Shown here: positions 63,369-64,000 of the stretch, in pieces
Position numbering within the stretch: position 1 is the first letter of the stretch
Layout of the letters: each line of letters starts with the position of its first letter
Source: Nitrospinaceae bacterium
GTDB lineage: Bacteria > Nitrospinota > Nitrospinia > Nitrospinales > Nitrospinaceae
Assembly (NCBI GenBank): GCA_965223665.1
Contig: OZ245011.1
Location: 64,001 to 128,000, forward strand
DNA: 64,000 nt
Direction of reading: 5' to 3'
Translations under genes and position numbers: made by a program
Notes under the pieces: model-generated
The model's input: only the letters and a program-made list of their open reading frames with translations
Databases searched by the model: none
Told to the model about the DNA's origin: nothing

Positions 63369-63956
63369 TTAGGGATTTGCAATTCTCATAGCGCGCACTG
63401 CTTTTCGACCTCTTGCAGTCTTAGGTGCTGAAAATCGAACTCCATTATTAAAGATAAATCCAAATGCATTAAACTTCCCATTTTCTTCTGAAGACCAATG
63501 AGCTCCAGCCCCTTTTTTTGCAAATATTGGGTCAAAATGAATTTTCATTTCTCGGCCTACTTGGGAACTATTTAATTTATCCGGCTCATATAAAGTGCGG
63601 AGATCTGCTAGAGTAGGCATTTGCCAATCAAAATAATTAGCAAAACCCTTTGAATTAAGATTCTTAATATAATCGAAGGATTCTTTCCAATTCATCCAAT
63701 GGCCGGTATGCTGAAATGAATCCATCTGTAACCACATAATTCCAGTTTTAGTGTCAGTAATGGTATTGTCTCCATTGTCAATAAACCTTTTGTCTTCTGA
63801 TTTAGTTGGGTTTGGTGATGTGGTTGATTCATTACAAAACCCCTTACCTATGTCCGTGAGTTGAATGACTGAAATTAAAATCATTATTTGAAAAATATGG
63901 AAAACTTTTATCCTGAAGAAACTTGAATACGAATGAGAAATTATTAGTGGATTCAT
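63369..63956 (-). CDS. DUF1566 (Lcl C-terminal) domain protein
   Basis: RFIDNGDNTITDTKTGIMW, DWQMPT..L, WSS, VRAMR. Confidence 0.85.
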   Translation of the reverse strand: MNPLIISHSYSSFFRIKVFHIFQIMILISVIQLTDIGKGFCNESTTSPNPTKSEDKRFIDNGDNTITDTKTGIMWLQMDSFQHTGHWMNWKESFDYIKNLNSKGFANYFDWQMPTLADLRTLYEPDKLNSSQVGREMKIHFDPIFAKKGAGAHWSSEENGKFNAFGFIFNNGVRFSAPKTARGRKAVRAMRIANP

Positions 63957-64000
63957 TACTGTTTTAATTTTGTGTTTAAAATTTTGTTTACTATTCCAGG

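Noticed and set aside
57044-63956. FGE-sulfatase and DUF1566 genes as diversity-generating retroelement targets
   Set aside because: Both are C-type-lectin-fold families used by DGRs, but I saw no reverse transcriptase and no template-repeat copy of either 3' end in the window.

Overview
AT-rich bacterial chromosome segment made almost entirely of core housekeeping genes. A marine Nitrospinota-like origin is my impression from the protein sequences and gene mix, and is not demonstrated. In order it contains: a truncated PhnW/AepZ-type aminotransferase; a DUF4159 + vWA/GATase-like pair; an unusual 2TM protein; a complex I operon nuoA-M that lacks nuoN and is followed directly by sfsA; argD-mscS-like-tgt; comF; nhaD; ispA-dxs-hisB-hisH-EamA; mtaB-DUF62-smpB-methyltransferase; fis-glmU(N-domain only)-archaeal-type GlmU homologue-glmS-thiDN; an AT-rich OafA-like acyltransferase with a long noncoding flank; ppiD; mreBCD-mrdA-PilZ; uvrB; TraB-family, SerA-like, FGE-domain and TPMT genes; SRAP; pepP; bcp; and TPR and DUF1566 genes. 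I saw no rRNA, tRNA, CRISPR array, integrase or transposase. Best candidates for novelty: (1) an amino-sugar operon in which GlmU is reduced to its uridylyltransferase domain and sits next to an archaeal-type GlmU homologue with both canonical active-site motifs substituted, a candidate pseudoenzyme or regulator, upstream of a divergent GlmS; (2) a 2TM + PLD/DUF5919-like + sugar-binding jelly-roll protein; (3) a perfect sigma70 promoter driving a ~270-nt multi-hairpin leader with a terminator-like element before nuoA; (4) nuoN missing from an operon whose NuoL still has a normal-length lateral helix.
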